Source of the DNA: a virus
Virus record (IMG/VR): IMGVR_UViG_3300025030_000054
Coordinates: 1 to 64,000 of that record
DNA: 64,000 bases
Reading direction: 5' to 3' (one strand)
Every line of letters starts with the position of its first letter. Within the stretch, counting starts at the first letter, position 1. The notes beneath the pieces were generated by a model. That model had not been told where the DNA came from and did no database searches. It saw nothing but the letters and a program-made list of their open reading frames with translations. Below are positions 18,949 to 30,070 of this stretch, piece after piece. The translations under genes were made by a program, and so were the position numbers.

Positions 18949-21290
18949 GCTTTTTATTTGCATTTTGAAAAATAAATTTATAATAAAAGTTAGGGGTAAA
19001 GTAATATTTTTATTGGATACTCACTTAAAGGAGGTGCCAAAATGCCCACACTTAAAGAGAATTTGACCAACATAGTAAAAAGGCTTCAGTATATTCAAAA
19101 CGCTGCGAATTACGCCGCAATGGAGACTGGGCATGACGCGGTAATAGATGCATATCGCGCAATAGAGGCTGATGTAATAAAATGCAGAAAAGCCATAGAC
19201 TCTATTTCAGATTTGGTGGGGTGACTCCTATGGTCGAAATGTTAGCACTTAGATCGTTTAATTTGCGTCTCGCTTCATATAAACGCGGCCAACTATTTTG
19301 GATATCCAAGGATTTTGCCAAATTGTTGGAAATGTCCGGCGATGCAAAACCTGTAACATAAACCAATCAGAAAAATAGGTAATTACCAAAACCAAAGGAG
19401 AAAAAATATAATGAATCCGGTGATGTTGGTTGTGATTACAGCAGGTATCTTTCTTTTGGCGTTCTTCTACAAGAGATGGGAGGTTAGAAAGACTACTGAG
19501 AAGGATAATGCTCACAACCTTGCTCACGTAAGAGGCAGTTGGATGTTATATGGATGGGATCACATCTATCTCAAGTGTGCTAGGTGTGGTACGTGTATAG
19601 GTCACGGTGGAAAGTTACACTGCAAATGTGACGAAAAGAAATAACTGAAAAAATAACTATAAGATAACAACAAAAGGAGTCCAAAATGCCAACTCAAATA
19701 GAACCACCGGTCTGGTATGACATAGAGCCGGACGAGAAGAAGGTTAAATGCGCCTACTGCAAACGTCAGGGACCTACAGAAGACTTTATCTACCTCGAAA
19801 GGAGAAACAAGTTAACTGATCTGATAGTCCACAAGGAGTGTGTCGGCCAGGATTTTCTAAATAGAGCTGAACACAATCTTACGCCTAAACGTAGAACCGT
19901 GGCTAAGATATGGCACTCTAGAGGCTGGCCTACCAAAATCAAACTGGTACATCATAAATCAGGAAAGATAAAAGACTTCTCAATCCCTAAAGAGTTGAAG
20001 AAGCCTAAGAAAAAGAAGTAGCTGAAATATGAGGTATAATGCTAATTATTTAGAGTAGATTGGCATTATATCTAATATTTTCGCTGTAAAATAGTTAGGT
20101 ATTGGTTCTTCTTTGAAGAGCGCCTAACGAACTGTCTTACAAATTGACAGTTGCTGCGCTTCCATGACCACAGAGGGCACTACAAAATGTTTTTTACCCA
20201 CACTTCCTACATTTGCACCTGTCTTTCTTCAATCCTCGTAGCACAATCCGCAACAAATCTTTCACATCTCTTAGCAACAACTCTCAAAATCACTCTCCGA
20301 ATCACAGAACAAATCCCCCAAAAGTACTTTCAAAATCTCCCCTCTAGGCATTTAATCAACAACCTCACCAGCTAATTCCCAAACTGTTTTCAAAATCAAA
20401 CGTAGTTATATTATGTATTGAGAGTAATTTCAATACTTTAGGGATACTTTTGTCTTAAATCTGGAAAATGGTAATTACCAATTTACTTGGAGTATGCACT
20501 TTTGCGTCTACTTTCCATGAATTTATAAAATAGTGTTTTAAAATTGATCTAACCAATTACCTTAAATGAAGGACCAACGCTATCGGAAAAACCGATACTA
20601 CAAGGAGTCTACCATGAGCCAAAGCCTGTTAGTTAGAGACGAGAACCTTCAGAAATTGGATTACACACACTGCGGGACTAAAGGCGGTAACGTAAGGAAC
20701 CTCAAACTCTCAATGACCTGTCAGCGTTGCGGTTCGGAATCTGAAGAACTTATTTGTGATAAGTGTAGAAATGAGCAGCCGAAGAGAGGCCAAGCTAGAA
20801 CACAATCTGGATGGGAACAACTTCTGAAGCACGTTACGGTTTCTGGCTGCGATGTTTTGGTTAATGGAAAGATAGAACAGAAGTGTAAAGATTCATTTCA
20901 TGCTGAGGTAGTTAGGAAGGCGTTGAACAAAATATACCTTAAACATAACCTAGAATGTCTCTCTCACATTAAATAGGAGGTTAACATGCACAGAGTATGT
21001 GAAGAAGCTGATATATTTTGCATGGATTGTAGCTATGGAGTTCCTCACCTAGAGGCCGGGAAAGAGACTCATCTGTGTGGCTTTAAGTTTAGAGAGGTAA
21101 AATTAGTTCCTGTGGTCTTTGAGGCGGTGATGAGTTCAAAGTATTCTAAGCAGTATGACCAGAATCGCGACAGGTTTTATGGCGTGGAGTATGACCCTTA
21201 CACCAAGAAATCCTGTGATTGTAGAGACAGGGACTGAGGTTGTGAGCGGGTGAAATTGGTAATTACCTAAAAAGAAGGAGTTAACTGGGT

Positions 21291-21647
21291 ATGAAAAAGC
21301 ACATAAAAGTTAGTGCTAAATATAACAGAGATGGAGAGACTTTTACGTTGACTGTTAAGGAGATGACTCATCCTTCTGTGTTTGACTTTGGAGGTGGCCA
21401 GTCCGAAGTGACCTCAGAGTATAGAGTCAAGATGTTTGTTCATGGAAATACTTTGTTAGCTTTTAACGGACTTACTGGTTTTGGTGACTCGGAGTTTACC
21501 TTAAGAGCTTGGTCAGCACCTAAAGAAGTCACAAAAGTTTTCGTACTAAACTCCCAAGAATCTGAAAACACAATGACCCTTCCTGTTAAATACTGGCCGG
21601 ATTTAAGGGAAGCTATTAAGGCTTACAATGAATTTTACTCTGAATGA
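21291..21647 (+). CDS. KHxK...YNE paralog family member 1
   Basis: MKKHIKVSA...EMTH...WPDLREAIKAYNEF. Confidence 0.8.
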   Translation: MKKHIKVSAKYNRDGETFTLTVKEMTHPSVFDFGGGQSEVTSEYRVKMFVHGNTLLAFNGLTGFGDSEFTLRAWSAPKEVTKVFVLNSQESENTMTLPVKYWPDLREAIKAYNEFYSE

Positions 21648-21854
21648 AAATAGGAGAATTATATGAAACAGAGTACTAAAGACGAGGTAAAAGTCGTTAA
21701 GGTTATAAATTCTTGCGTTACTTTTGAGCAGTGGTGGGTGGCTAGAGAGATGGTTAAGAATTGGGACAGGATGCACTGGGAGAAGTGGCGTAGCAGTCCT
21801 TTGTGGAAGATACTTAACAGAAAATACAAAAAACTTATCTATAAGGAGAACTAA

Positions 21855-22308
21855 AATGGACAGATTCGCTGATGCTAAAGTTGGTGATAAGGTTTATGAT
21901 AGAGTGTATGGTTTTGGTAAAGTGAAAGCAACACACCCATATAGTAATAAAGACCAGCTTCCGTTAAAGATAGACTTCCACAAACACATAGGGACACATT
22001 CTTATAGCAGTTGTGGGAAGTCCTACCTCCACGCGGAAGAAGCCACCCTCTTCTATGTAGACGGTGGCAACAAATACGCCGAAAAGAGGCCCATTCCAAA
22101 AGTGCCTTGGGATAAAGTTCCGGTTGATACTAAGATTATAGTCGGCGGCGATATGAAGAGGTATTACGCTGGATTTAAGCATTTCTATCCCGTAGGGCTG
22201 ACTTCTTGGACTAATGGAATACCTGTAGAGAAATTTGGCTCTCACATCGTAGTCTTGGCAGAAGAAATAACAATCGACGGCGTAGTTTATCCTATAGGGA
22301 GTAAATAA
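21855..22308 (+). CDS. SH3/KOW-like hypothetical protein
   Basis: KVGDKVYDRVYGFGKV; start moved to ATG 21855 by RBS AAGGAG. Confidence 0.55.
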
Positions 22309-22318
22309 GGAGACTGAA

Positions 22319-23683
22319 ATGTCCACAAAAGCACTTGAAATATGCCTAGAAGTTCACAAACAAAACGGAACTGCCTACATAACCGGAGGGGCTGTTAGAG
22401 ATATGCTTTTGGGGTGGCCTTGCAATGATGTAGACCTTGAAGTGTTCGGAATTTCTCAGGAAACTCTGGAGACTATTTTGAACACTGTCTGTTCTAAGGT
22501 AGATCTTGTAGGCAAATCTTACGGAATTTACAAGGCAGATGGTATTGACGTGGGATTTCCTCGTAGAGACAGAACACATGGAAAAGGGGCTGACGTTGAA
22601 ATTGATCCTTACATGTCAGTTGAAGAAGCTGCTTTGCGGAGAGATCTTACAGTAAATTCCATGTATTTCAACCCGATAACTATGGATATAATTGATCCTT
22701 TTGGTGGTAGGGTAGATTTACAGAGACAACTTGTAGGTATGGTTTCTTATGACACTTTCAACGAAGACCCATTGAGGCCAATTAGAGCAGCTAGGTTTTG
22801 TGCTACTTTGGGTTTATTTCTACACGGTGATACTTTAACGGCTTGCCAAACTGCTGATCGAAACAAAATACACAACTTACCCAAAGAACGTATTTTCGGT
22901 GAACTTGAAAAAGTACTGATGGAAGCAGAATATCCTTCAGTATTCTTCGAAGAACTTGATGACATGGATTTGACTAAAATTCTGTTTCCTGAGTTGCAGC
23001 TAACCAAGCAAATAGAACAAGGCAAATGTTACCACCCGGAAGGCTCTGTTTATGCACATTCACTCTTAGCCCTCGATGTACTACCAATAAAAGAAAGATC
23101 CTTAGATGTTTTATTAGCAATCCTATTTCATGACCTCGGCAAAGCATCTGTAGAAACCGAGGTAAGTGGCGATAAGATCAGTTTTAAAGGTCACGCAGAA
23201 GATCTTACCTTAGCTACCGCTGCAATGGCTAGATTGACGGATGATAAAGAGCTGACCGAAAGTGTGCTTAACCTAATCAAATACCACATGCACCCTTACC
23301 AGTTCAAGAACGGAGTGACTAAAAAGCGGATTAGAAGGTTAGCATCGAAAGTTGATGTTAGAAAACTTATGAAAGTTCACAAAGCAGATCAAAAAGGTAG
23401 GGAATATTCAGAGGAGAATAATAAATATGTCAAAAGAAACAATGAAGTTGCTGCTGAAATTATGGCCGTATTTGAAGAGATTGAAGGAGAAATCGTGCCT
23501 ATTATGCAAGGCAGACACCTCATCGAAGCAGGGTGGGTGCCAGGAAAACATTTCGGCTACATTCTTGCGCAGCTTTACGAGTACCAGTTAGACGGCGAAT
23601 TGGTTGATGTTGCTAGTGGCATGGAACTAGCTCATACGTTGTTTGGCGGGGTGAAGAAATCAACAGTTGTTAAAGGAGCCTGA
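22319..23683 (+). CDS. cca: CCA-adding tRNA nucleotidyltransferase with HD domain
   Basis: GGAVRD, DVDLE, RRDLTVN, EDPLR.IRAARF, ERI..EL, HPEG...H, FHDLGK. Confidence 0.92.
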   Translation: MSTKALEICLEVHKQNGTAYITGGAVRDMLLGWPCNDVDLEVFGISQETLETILNTVCSKVDLVGKSYGIYKADGIDVGFPRRDRTHGKGADVEIDPYMSVEEAALRRDLTVNSMYFNPITMDIIDPFGGRVDLQRQLVGMVSYDTFNEDPLRPIRAARFCATLGLFLHGDTLTACQTADRNKIHNLPKERIFGELEKVLMEAEYPSVFFEELDDMDLTKILFPELQLTKQIEQGKCYHPEGSVYAHSLLALDVLPIKERSLDVLLAILFHDLGKASVETEVSGDKISFKGHAEDLTLATAAMARLTDDKELTESVLNLIKYHMHPYQFKNGVTKKRIRRLASKVDVRKLMKVHKADQKGREYSEENNKYVKRNNEVAAEIMAVFEEIEGEIVPIMQGRHLIEAGWVPGKHFGYILAQLYEYQLDGELVDVASGMELAHTLFGGVKKSTVVKGA

Positions 23684-24290
23684 AAATGATTATCTCAAAA
23701 TCTGGATTGCCGCACGCCGAGCAGTATTTAGTGGCCTTGAAAGAACTACGTCAGCAGTATTTGGATTGGCGACGTGGCTCTGTGACGTGCCCTTTGTGTT
23801 GTGTACTTCGAGATTGTTCTGAGTGCCCTTGGCGAACACTTACGGGAGCGAATTGTTTCAGTAGCTTACGGGGTCTAAAACAGAAAAACAAAATTCTAAG
23901 AAAATTCAAGTTTCTAAGAAAAATTGCTCTAAAAATTAACCGACCAATAGCCAAAAGAATCAAAGAGCTGGACCTTTGGATAGCTATTTACAAGCAGTAC
24001 ATCCACTACATCAAAAGAGGTATGCCGCCAGAACTCGCCATGAAACTTACTAAATCACTTTACGGAGACCTTCTAAATGAGGCTAGAAATTAACCTAGGA
24101 ATACTAAAGTTCAGTCTCAGCAAGTCAGGACTCCGTGTAGGAACCAAGATAGGAGATACTTACGTCTCAAAAAGAGTTGTGAAAACTGGTGCTGTGAGTA
24201 AAAAGAAAGAGAAATTGGTAATTACCGAAAAAGCTGCTAAGCGTGTGAAATAGTTCAGACGCTAACTAAGACCCCAAAAGGAGATCTGAG

Positions 24291-24842
24291 ATGGAACAGA
24301 ACGAAGAATTTGTAAGCTTCCCCAAAATGCCGAGGCTTTCCCGCGATGTAGTAGTGACTGAGAAGATCGACGGAACAAACGCACAGGTTTTTATCACAGA
24401 CGATTTCAGGATGTTTGTTGGTAGCCGTAATAAATGGATTCAGCCAGGCAAACAAGACAATGCGGGTTTTGCCGGATGGTGCGAGGCAAATAAAGAAGAA
24501 CTCATGAAGCTCGGCCCAGGAAGGCACTTTGGTGAGTGGTGGGGAAAAGGCATTCAGAGAGGTTATGGATTGTCTGAAAAGAAATTCTCCCTATTCAATG
24601 CAGAACGTTGGGCAGACCCCTCAGTACGCCCTGCTTGCTGCGACGTAGTGCCTGTGTTGTATAAAGGACCGTTTGATACGGCAGCTATCGAGGAAGTTTT
24701 GAGGAAGCTGAAAGAATCTGGTAGCGTAGCTGCACCGGGATTTATGAATCCTGAAGGGATTATCGTCTACCACACCGCTGGAAACTTTGGCATGAAAAAG
24801 ACCATTGATAATGATGGTATGCCTAAATCTCTGGTAAAGTAA
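24291..24842 (+). CDS. RNA ligase (Rnl2-like nucleotidyltransferase domain)
   Basis: TEKIDGTN, GSRN, FGEW, FSLFN, PEGII. Confidence 0.85.
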   Translation: MEQNEEFVSFPKMPRLSRDVVVTEKIDGTNAQVFITDDFRMFVGSRNKWIQPGKQDNAGFAGWCEANKEELMKLGPGRHFGEWWGKGIQRGYGLSEKKFSLFNAERWADPSVRPACCDVVPVLYKGPFDTAAIEEVLRKLKESGSVAAPGFMNPEGIIVYHTAGNFGMKKTIDNDGMPKSLVK

Positions 24843-24898
24843 CTTCGTAGGTTAACCCAAAGAATTACCAACTAAGACCCCAAAAGGAGAATCTTACA

Positions 24899-25261
24899 AT
24901 GGCTAAAAACAAAACTGAAAATGAAGTGGTGAAGTCCTCATCAACTGGTAAAGGGATGACAGGCGAAATCGAGTGCATTTGTAATCGCTGCCAAGCAGTT
25001 ATGAAAGTAACCACAGGAAAGTTCTACACGAAAGCTGTTCCTGCGAGAGCTGCGGTTCCTGCTAAATCGGAACTCAAAGACAAAGAGGGTAACGTTCTTC
25101 GTGAGGCTGTAGCTGCCAAGCCTTTCTTTCCGGGCCGTAGTCTGAGGCACTTCGATATCGTTTCAGGCGGTTGCGACGGCACGCTTTCTACAGTTAACCA
25201 GAAGAAACCTAAGCTGCATAAGAAGTCGCGGGACAAGGCTATTAAGAACAAGCAGAAGTAG
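24899..25261 (+). CDS. Basic hypothetical protein
   Basis: Shares the 21-bp leader AACTAAGACCCCAAAAGGAGA with the ligase gene. Confidence 0.65.
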   Translation: MAKNKTENEVVKSSSTGKGMTGEIECICNRCQAVMKVTTGKFYTKAVPARAAVPAKSELKDKEGNVLREAVAAKPFFPGRSLRHFDIVSGGCDGTLSTVNQKKPKLHKKSRDKAIKNKQK

Positions 25262-25319
25262 TGGATTTCTGAGAACTTTGTGCAGATTAATTAAAATAAC
25301 TGACTAAAAGGAGGAAGTT

Positions 25320-25706
25320 ATGGAATGGTGGCATATTTATTTGTTTACTAGGTTGGATTCGGTAAATGGTATGGTCAGCGATGTTATTTCCATTCTCGGC
25401 CCTGTTTTATTAGTTGCACTTTCGGTGCTTTTACTTTATTACAATGAGATAAAGAGCCTCAATGCTTTGCCTAGTTTTATGAAAATACTGAAGATAGCGA
25501 TAGCTGTATTTTGTTTTTTCTTACTAGGATCTATTCTTATTCCTACCCAGAAAGAAGCCGCAGCAATTTACCTTCTACCTAAACTTGCTAAGAGTGACTT
25601 TGCAAAGGAAGCACAGCAGATCCCTGCAGAAGCGGCTAAACTGATGAGGATGAAACTGGAGGCTTGGGTATCTGACATGGAGCCTAAGAAAGCTGAAGGT
25701 AAGTAA
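25320..25706 (+). CDS. Membrane protein (2 TM)
   Basis: YLFTRLD...IPT..EAAAIYL; hydrophobic segments. Confidence 0.7.
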   Translation: MEWWHIYLFTRLDSVNGMVSDVISILGPVLLVALSVLLLYYNEIKSLNALPSFMKILKIAIAVFCFFLLGSILIPTQKEAAAIYLLPKLAKSDFAKEAQQIPAEAAKLMRMKLEAWVSDMEPKKAEGK

Positions 25707-25963
25707 GTATTTCTTGAGACTTTGGTAATTACCTATTTTTACACAAACAACTAAACGAGGTAGACAATGCCTAAGAATAAAGACAGAGTGGTAACTGTAA
25801 TGGTAGTGCATACAGCAGCAAACGGTGAAGAAGTTATCAAATCGTTAAATCTTAAAATACCAGACGGCGTATTAGCGAGAAACTTTGCAGCCACTACGTT
25901 TGCAGTCATCGAGAGTTTACTGACCGACTAAACTAAACTAAACTAAATCAAAGGAGAACTAGA

Positions 25964-27064
25964 ATGAAACACATCAAATTCACTGCTACACCCGTTGGCC
26001 CGGATTTTCAGACGGTAGAAGTGGTTATTGTGGAACAGAGTCATGTGCGAGAGCGGTTTGGGATTGGCGGTTCTGATAGGTTTAAGGCGAGCAATGGAAT
26101 GGAACTTCGCAGTATAGCCTGCCCTGAAATATACAGAAACTATATTTGTGTCAGGGGCGATTTAACCTGTGGTAATGACAACAAACTCATCTTCACCACC
26201 TCAGAATACAACAAATTTCGGGAAGCTGCAGAGGAGTACAACGAGTATTTTAAAGACAAACCCAAAAGCAAAAAGCCACAACGTCTTAGGGTCCACGCAG
26301 AAGCTATTGGCCCGGACTTCAAAAATGTGTCTGTGACTGTAGTTGAACAGAGTTGCTTTGAGGGGCAGTTTGGGAATAAGTTTATCTATGAAAAGATAGG
26401 AGATTTTGTACACGGAAAAGTCAGACTTTGCTCTAGTACCGGAGGCAGTGGGGTGAATTTTTTAGAATTTTTTGTTCCATCTGAGTACAAAAACAAAGGA
26501 CTCATCGGAACCTTCTATGTAGCTAACAAAGTGACTAAAGAGGACAAGGAAAAGCTTAAAACTGTTGTTACTGTGGAAGTGTGGCAGGAGATTTTGAAGA
26601 CTGTTGAGGTGTTTAATAAGGAGTTTTGCGAGGATATTTCTGAGACGGAGCTTGCTGAGATTCCTGTGGAGAAGAAGCCCGAGGTTCAGAAAGATAGGTA
26701 TTTTGTAAGGACTAAAAGTAACAGCTCAAATCATAACTTCGCAGCGGGACTTGTAGGCAAGGTCGTAAAAGAATCCAACAGCGGAAGATCTGTTACGGTA
26801 ACTCTCCCTAACGGACAAACAAGTAATTGGCTCAAAGAAAACTGCGTGGAAATCACTGAGATCCCTGTGGTAGAGAAGAAGAGGTGGTTTGTTAGGACTA
26901 AACCTAATCGCTATGCTATTGCTGGTATTATCGCCTCCGTAGGGACTGTTGGGAAATTTGTTCAAGGTAGCGTGGGTGGGGTACACGTAAAGTTGCCTAG
27001 CGGTAAAACTGAATTCTGGGATAGTGAGAACTGCGTCGAGGTTAGGGATCTTCCTAATGTGTAG
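25964..27064 (+). CDS. Paralog family member 2: two family domains plus two SH3-like repeats
   Basis: Duplicated GPDF..V.V..VEQS; duplicated FVRTK...LP.G....W..ENCVE. Confidence 0.8.
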   Translation: MKHIKFTATPVGPDFQTVEVVIVEQSHVRERFGIGGSDRFKASNGMELRSIACPEIYRNYICVRGDLTCGNDNKLIFTTSEYNKFREAAEEYNEYFKDKPKSKKPQRLRVHAEAIGPDFKNVSVTVVEQSCFEGQFGNKFIYEKIGDFVHGKVRLCSSTGGSGVNFLEFFVPSEYKNKGLIGTFYVANKVTKEDKEKLKTVVTVEVWQEILKTVEVFNKEFCEDISETELAEIPVEKKPEVQKDRYFVRTKSNSSNHNFAAGLVGKVVKESNSGRSVTVTLPNGQTSNWLKENCVEITEIPVVEKKRWFVRTKPNRYAIAGIIASVGTVGKFVQGSVGGVHVKLPSGKTEFWDSENCVEVRDLPNV

Positions 27065-27074
27065 TGATGGTTGG

Positions 27075-27143
27075 TAGGTAGTTGAAAGTGTAGTTGATAG
27101 GTAGTTGAAAGTGTAGTTGATAGGTAGTTGAAAGTGTAGTTGA
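27075..27143. repeat. 23-bp tandem repeat TAGGTAGTTGAAAGTGTAGTTGA x3
   Basis: Read directly. Confidence 0.95.
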
Positions 27144-27152
27144 AAGGATAAG

Positions 27153-27197
27153 GGAAGGGACTTAAATAATTATTTAGGTAGTTATTTAAGTCCCTTC
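27153..27197. terminator. Hairpin between convergent genes
   Basis: GAAGGGACTTAAATAA...TTATTTAAGTCCCTTC. Confidence 0.7.
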
Positions 27198-27332
27198 AAC
27201 TAAGAACTAGTGGCTTTTTCTATTGGCTTTATCTTAATAATCTTTTTAGATTGATGGAATAAAGGCTGTAGGAATTGGTATTAGATTTGAGTTTGTTTTA
27301 TGGTTTGTTAATTTGTTTGTTAGATAATATTG

Positions 27333-28157
27333 TTAGGCAGCTTGTTTTACTGCCTGATTAGAGTCATATGATATTGTGTCCTGAGAAGTATATGGAATTA
27401 TGCTTGTATCAATGCCAAGATGATAGTCGAGAATTTGAGTGAGATTGTCAATGTCTTTGTAGGATATTACTAACAGTTTAATGTTGTTTTTAAGTGCGTA
27501 GTCGATCTTGAGTTGATCGCGGTATTTTATTACCTCTAAATTCTTTTTCATAGTCTCTTCAGACCTATCTGAACCGAAACTAGTTGGAAAAAAATGTTGT
27601 ATTCCGCGGCTCTCGCAGAGAATTTCCGCTTCAGGTAAGTAGAAGTCATATCTCAAAGACATTCCGGTAAGGTTATTTTTCAAGTCTGGGAATGTCTTTT
27701 CACGTTTGTATTTTATGTTTCGTAGGTTGAGATACCCTGCAAGTTTTATTTCAAATTTAGAGCTACTACAGAATCTGCAACCGTCTCCTCTACGTATATG
27801 TCGTCCGAAATTTTGTGTAAACACTCCGTGATGTGGGCATATAATAGAAACTTTTCTCTTAGAACCTTTATACGTTGTAGGGTCAATTAGGGAATAATCG
27901 TACTTCGACTGATGAATAATATTCGCACGTCTTATTTGCTCCTCTAAAGGTATTGTTTTGGCTGTGTTTGCACAAGACGGACAGCCAGCACCGCGAAGAT
28001 GCGCGTTAGGCGACTGAGAGAACTCTCCATGAATTCGGCAGATAATAGGTACTTTGACCTTGTTTTGAGTGTAGACTACCTTAGAGTAGTCGTAAGTGTC
28101 TCCATATAGTGCCGCGGCATCCGATATAAACTCTTCTGTTGTTTTTCTTTTACCCAT
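27333..28157 (-). CDS. Homing endonuclease: CxxHG zinc repeats (DUF723-like) plus PD-(D/E)xK/Vsr-like domain
   Basis: YDYSKV.Y...IICRIHGEF.Q.PNAHLRG.GCP.C twice; LRYDFYLP...E..G.QHF; start placed by RBS AAGGAA. Confidence 0.85.
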   Translation of the reverse strand: MGKRKTTEEFISDAAALYGDTYDYSKVVYTQNKVKVPIICRIHGEFSQSPNAHLRGAGCPSCANTAKTIPLEEQIRRANIIHQSKYDYSLIDPTTYKGSKRKVSIICPHHGVFTQNFGRHIRRGDGCRFCSSSKFEIKLAGYLNLRNIKYKREKTFPDLKNNLTGMSLRYDFYLPEAEILCESRGIQHFFPTSFGSDRSEETMKKNLEVIKYRDQLKIDYALKNNIKLLVISYKDIDNLTQILDYHLGIDTSIIPYTSQDTISYDSNQAVKQAA

Positions 28158-28213
28158 TTGCATGTTCCTTACAGTAGAAATAGTCGAACGCAACCTATTG
28201 TAATTACGTTCAC

Positions 28214-28247
28214 CTTATTATATACATAATACTCATTAAATTTATTA
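28214..28247 (-). promoter_or_regulatory. Candidate phage-specific (late) promoter
   Basis: TAATAAA-N15-GTATATAATAAG. Confidence 0.7.
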
Positions 28248-28291
28248 CCTGAAAATGGTAATTACCTAAATCAACTAAAAGGAGACGAGAG

Positions 28292-29665
28292 ATGGAGAAA
28301 GGATTCGTAAGAACTGCGCCCAGCCCTACTGGACGACCTACGTTAGGTACTTCTAGAACGGCGATTTACAACTTTCTACATGCAAGACAGCAAGGTATGG
28401 GGTATTTAACCAGGCTAGAGGACAGTGATCCAGTACGCTCTAAGCAAGAATTCGCTGACGATATTATAGAAGGACTTGCGTGGCTTGGGATAGTATCTGA
28501 CGTGCCAATCATAAAACAATCTGAGCGTGGAGATATATATGCAAAATACGTGGATCAGTTGTTAGCCGAAGGTAAAGCATACCGGTGTTACTGTTCGGCT
28601 GAGAAGTTAGAAGCGGATCGGGAGAGGAAACTAGCGGCAAAAGAGAAGCCTATTTACGACAGAACTTGCTTAGGGCTTGGTGAGCAGCCGGGCAAGCCTT
28701 TTACGGTGAGGCTGAAGGTGGATACCTACGGCGCTGTGACTTTTCGGGATGCTGTGTACAAAAGGGTGAATGTGAGGAAGGCAGAAATTGGAGATTTTAT
28801 TGTTCAAAGAAGTGATGGCACAGTAGGGTACCTTCTATCTAACGTAATTGACGATGCTTTGCAAAATGTTACTATGGTTATAAGAGGCCGCGATGGAATT
28901 AGTAACGCTCCCGCACAAATTTTATTGTATGAGGCTCTCGGTTTTCCAGTACCTAGCTACGCCCACGCCGCCTTTATATTAAACGAAAAAGGTCAGAAAC
29001 TTTCCAAGAGGAACGGAGATGCCTCACTATTGGACTACCGCGATAAAGGTTACTTGCCAGAAGCTATGTTCAACGCCCTCGCAAGAATAGGAGCAAGTTT
29101 CGGGGATAGGGAACTGTTAAGTGTAAAGGAGATGGTAGAGCTATTTGACCTAAAAAATCTTAGTAAATCCGATGGCGTTTTCGACCCTCAAAAGCTTCTT
29201 AACATCAACAAGCACTGGATCAAAACCATTGAACCAGAAAGATTACAAACACTATTAACCCCATTCCTTCTTAAAGAACAAATAACCGAAGAACAAATAT
29301 CCGAATTTAATAAAGTATCTTCAGTAAGTAAGGCAATCCAAACGCTACAAACTCGCTCGGCCACCCTTGTAGAAATGGCTCAAAAGGCTAAATTCTACTT
29401 CATACGGCCAGCCTATTCGTCCATCAGTTTAACAGGATTTCAAAAGGCAATTTTACAGTCATTCATAGACAACCTAACCAACAACAACTCAATAGACGAA
29501 GCCATAGAAGAAACCTGTAAGCAAGCTAACTGCACGATAAAGGAACTTGGGCCGCCGGTTAGATTATCCCTCTCAGGCTCTCTTGCAGCACCCGGAATAG
29601 TAGAAATCATTGAAGTTCTGGGGACCAAAGAAACTATTGAAAGGATTAAATTGGTAATTACCTAA
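28292..29665 (+). CDS. gltX: Glutamyl-tRNA synthetase homolog with divergent HIGH motif
   Basis: RTAPSPTG, RLEDSD, QSER, AYRCYC, VIRG, KLSKR, FDPQKL, anticodon domain PVRLSLSG. Confidence 0.92.
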   Translation: MEKGFVRTAPSPTGRPTLGTSRTAIYNFLHARQQGMGYLTRLEDSDPVRSKQEFADDIIEGLAWLGIVSDVPIIKQSERGDIYAKYVDQLLAEGKAYRCYCSAEKLEADRERKLAAKEKPIYDRTCLGLGEQPGKPFTVRLKVDTYGAVTFRDAVYKRVNVRKAEIGDFIVQRSDGTVGYLLSNVIDDALQNVTMVIRGRDGISNAPAQILLYEALGFPVPSYAHAAFILNEKGQKLSKRNGDASLLDYRDKGYLPEAMFNALARIGASFGDRELLSVKEMVELFDLKNLSKSDGVFDPQKLLNINKHWIKTIEPERLQTLLTPFLLKEQITEEQISEFNKVSSVSKAIQTLQTRSATLVEMAQKAKFYFIRPAYSSISLTGFQKAILQSFIDNLTNNNSIDEAIEETCKQANCTIKELGPPVRLSLSGSLAAPGIVEIIEVLGTKETIERIKLVIT

Positions 29666-29710
29666 ATCACCAGAAAGTATATTTAATCTTAATCCATAAG
29701 AGGAGCCTCC

Positions 29711-30070
29711 ATGAAGAAGCATATTAAGATCCGAGCGGAGCTAGTTGATAACAAAACTAGAGTCAAAGTAACCATTCTGGAACAGTCCCATTTCCTCTAC
29801 TACTTCGCAGAACATAAAACAAGTTTTATAAATGAGACTCACGCTTTCTGTCACGGTAGAATCAGAATGGCTTCTCATAGAGAAAATATTCCTAAATTTA
29901 TGATAGGAGGTCTAACTAGCAAAGAATTTAAGAAAAATGGCATAGTAGACAAACTCTATGTAGCTCATTCCCAGTACCAACTACCAGTCACTTTCACAGT
30001 TACTTTAAAAGACTACCCAGCAATCAAAAAGTGCATCGAAGCATACAACTCATACGAATTCACTAACTAA
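29711..30070 (+). CDS. Paralog family member 3
   Basis: MKKHIKIRAEL...ILEQSH...YPAIKKCIEAYNSY. Confidence 0.8.
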   Translation: MKKHIKIRAELVDNKTRVKVTILEQSHFLYYFAEHKTSFINETHAFCHGRIRMASHRENIPKFMIGGLTSKEFKKNGIVDKLYVAHSQYQLPVTFTVTLKDYPAIKKCIEAYNSYEFTN

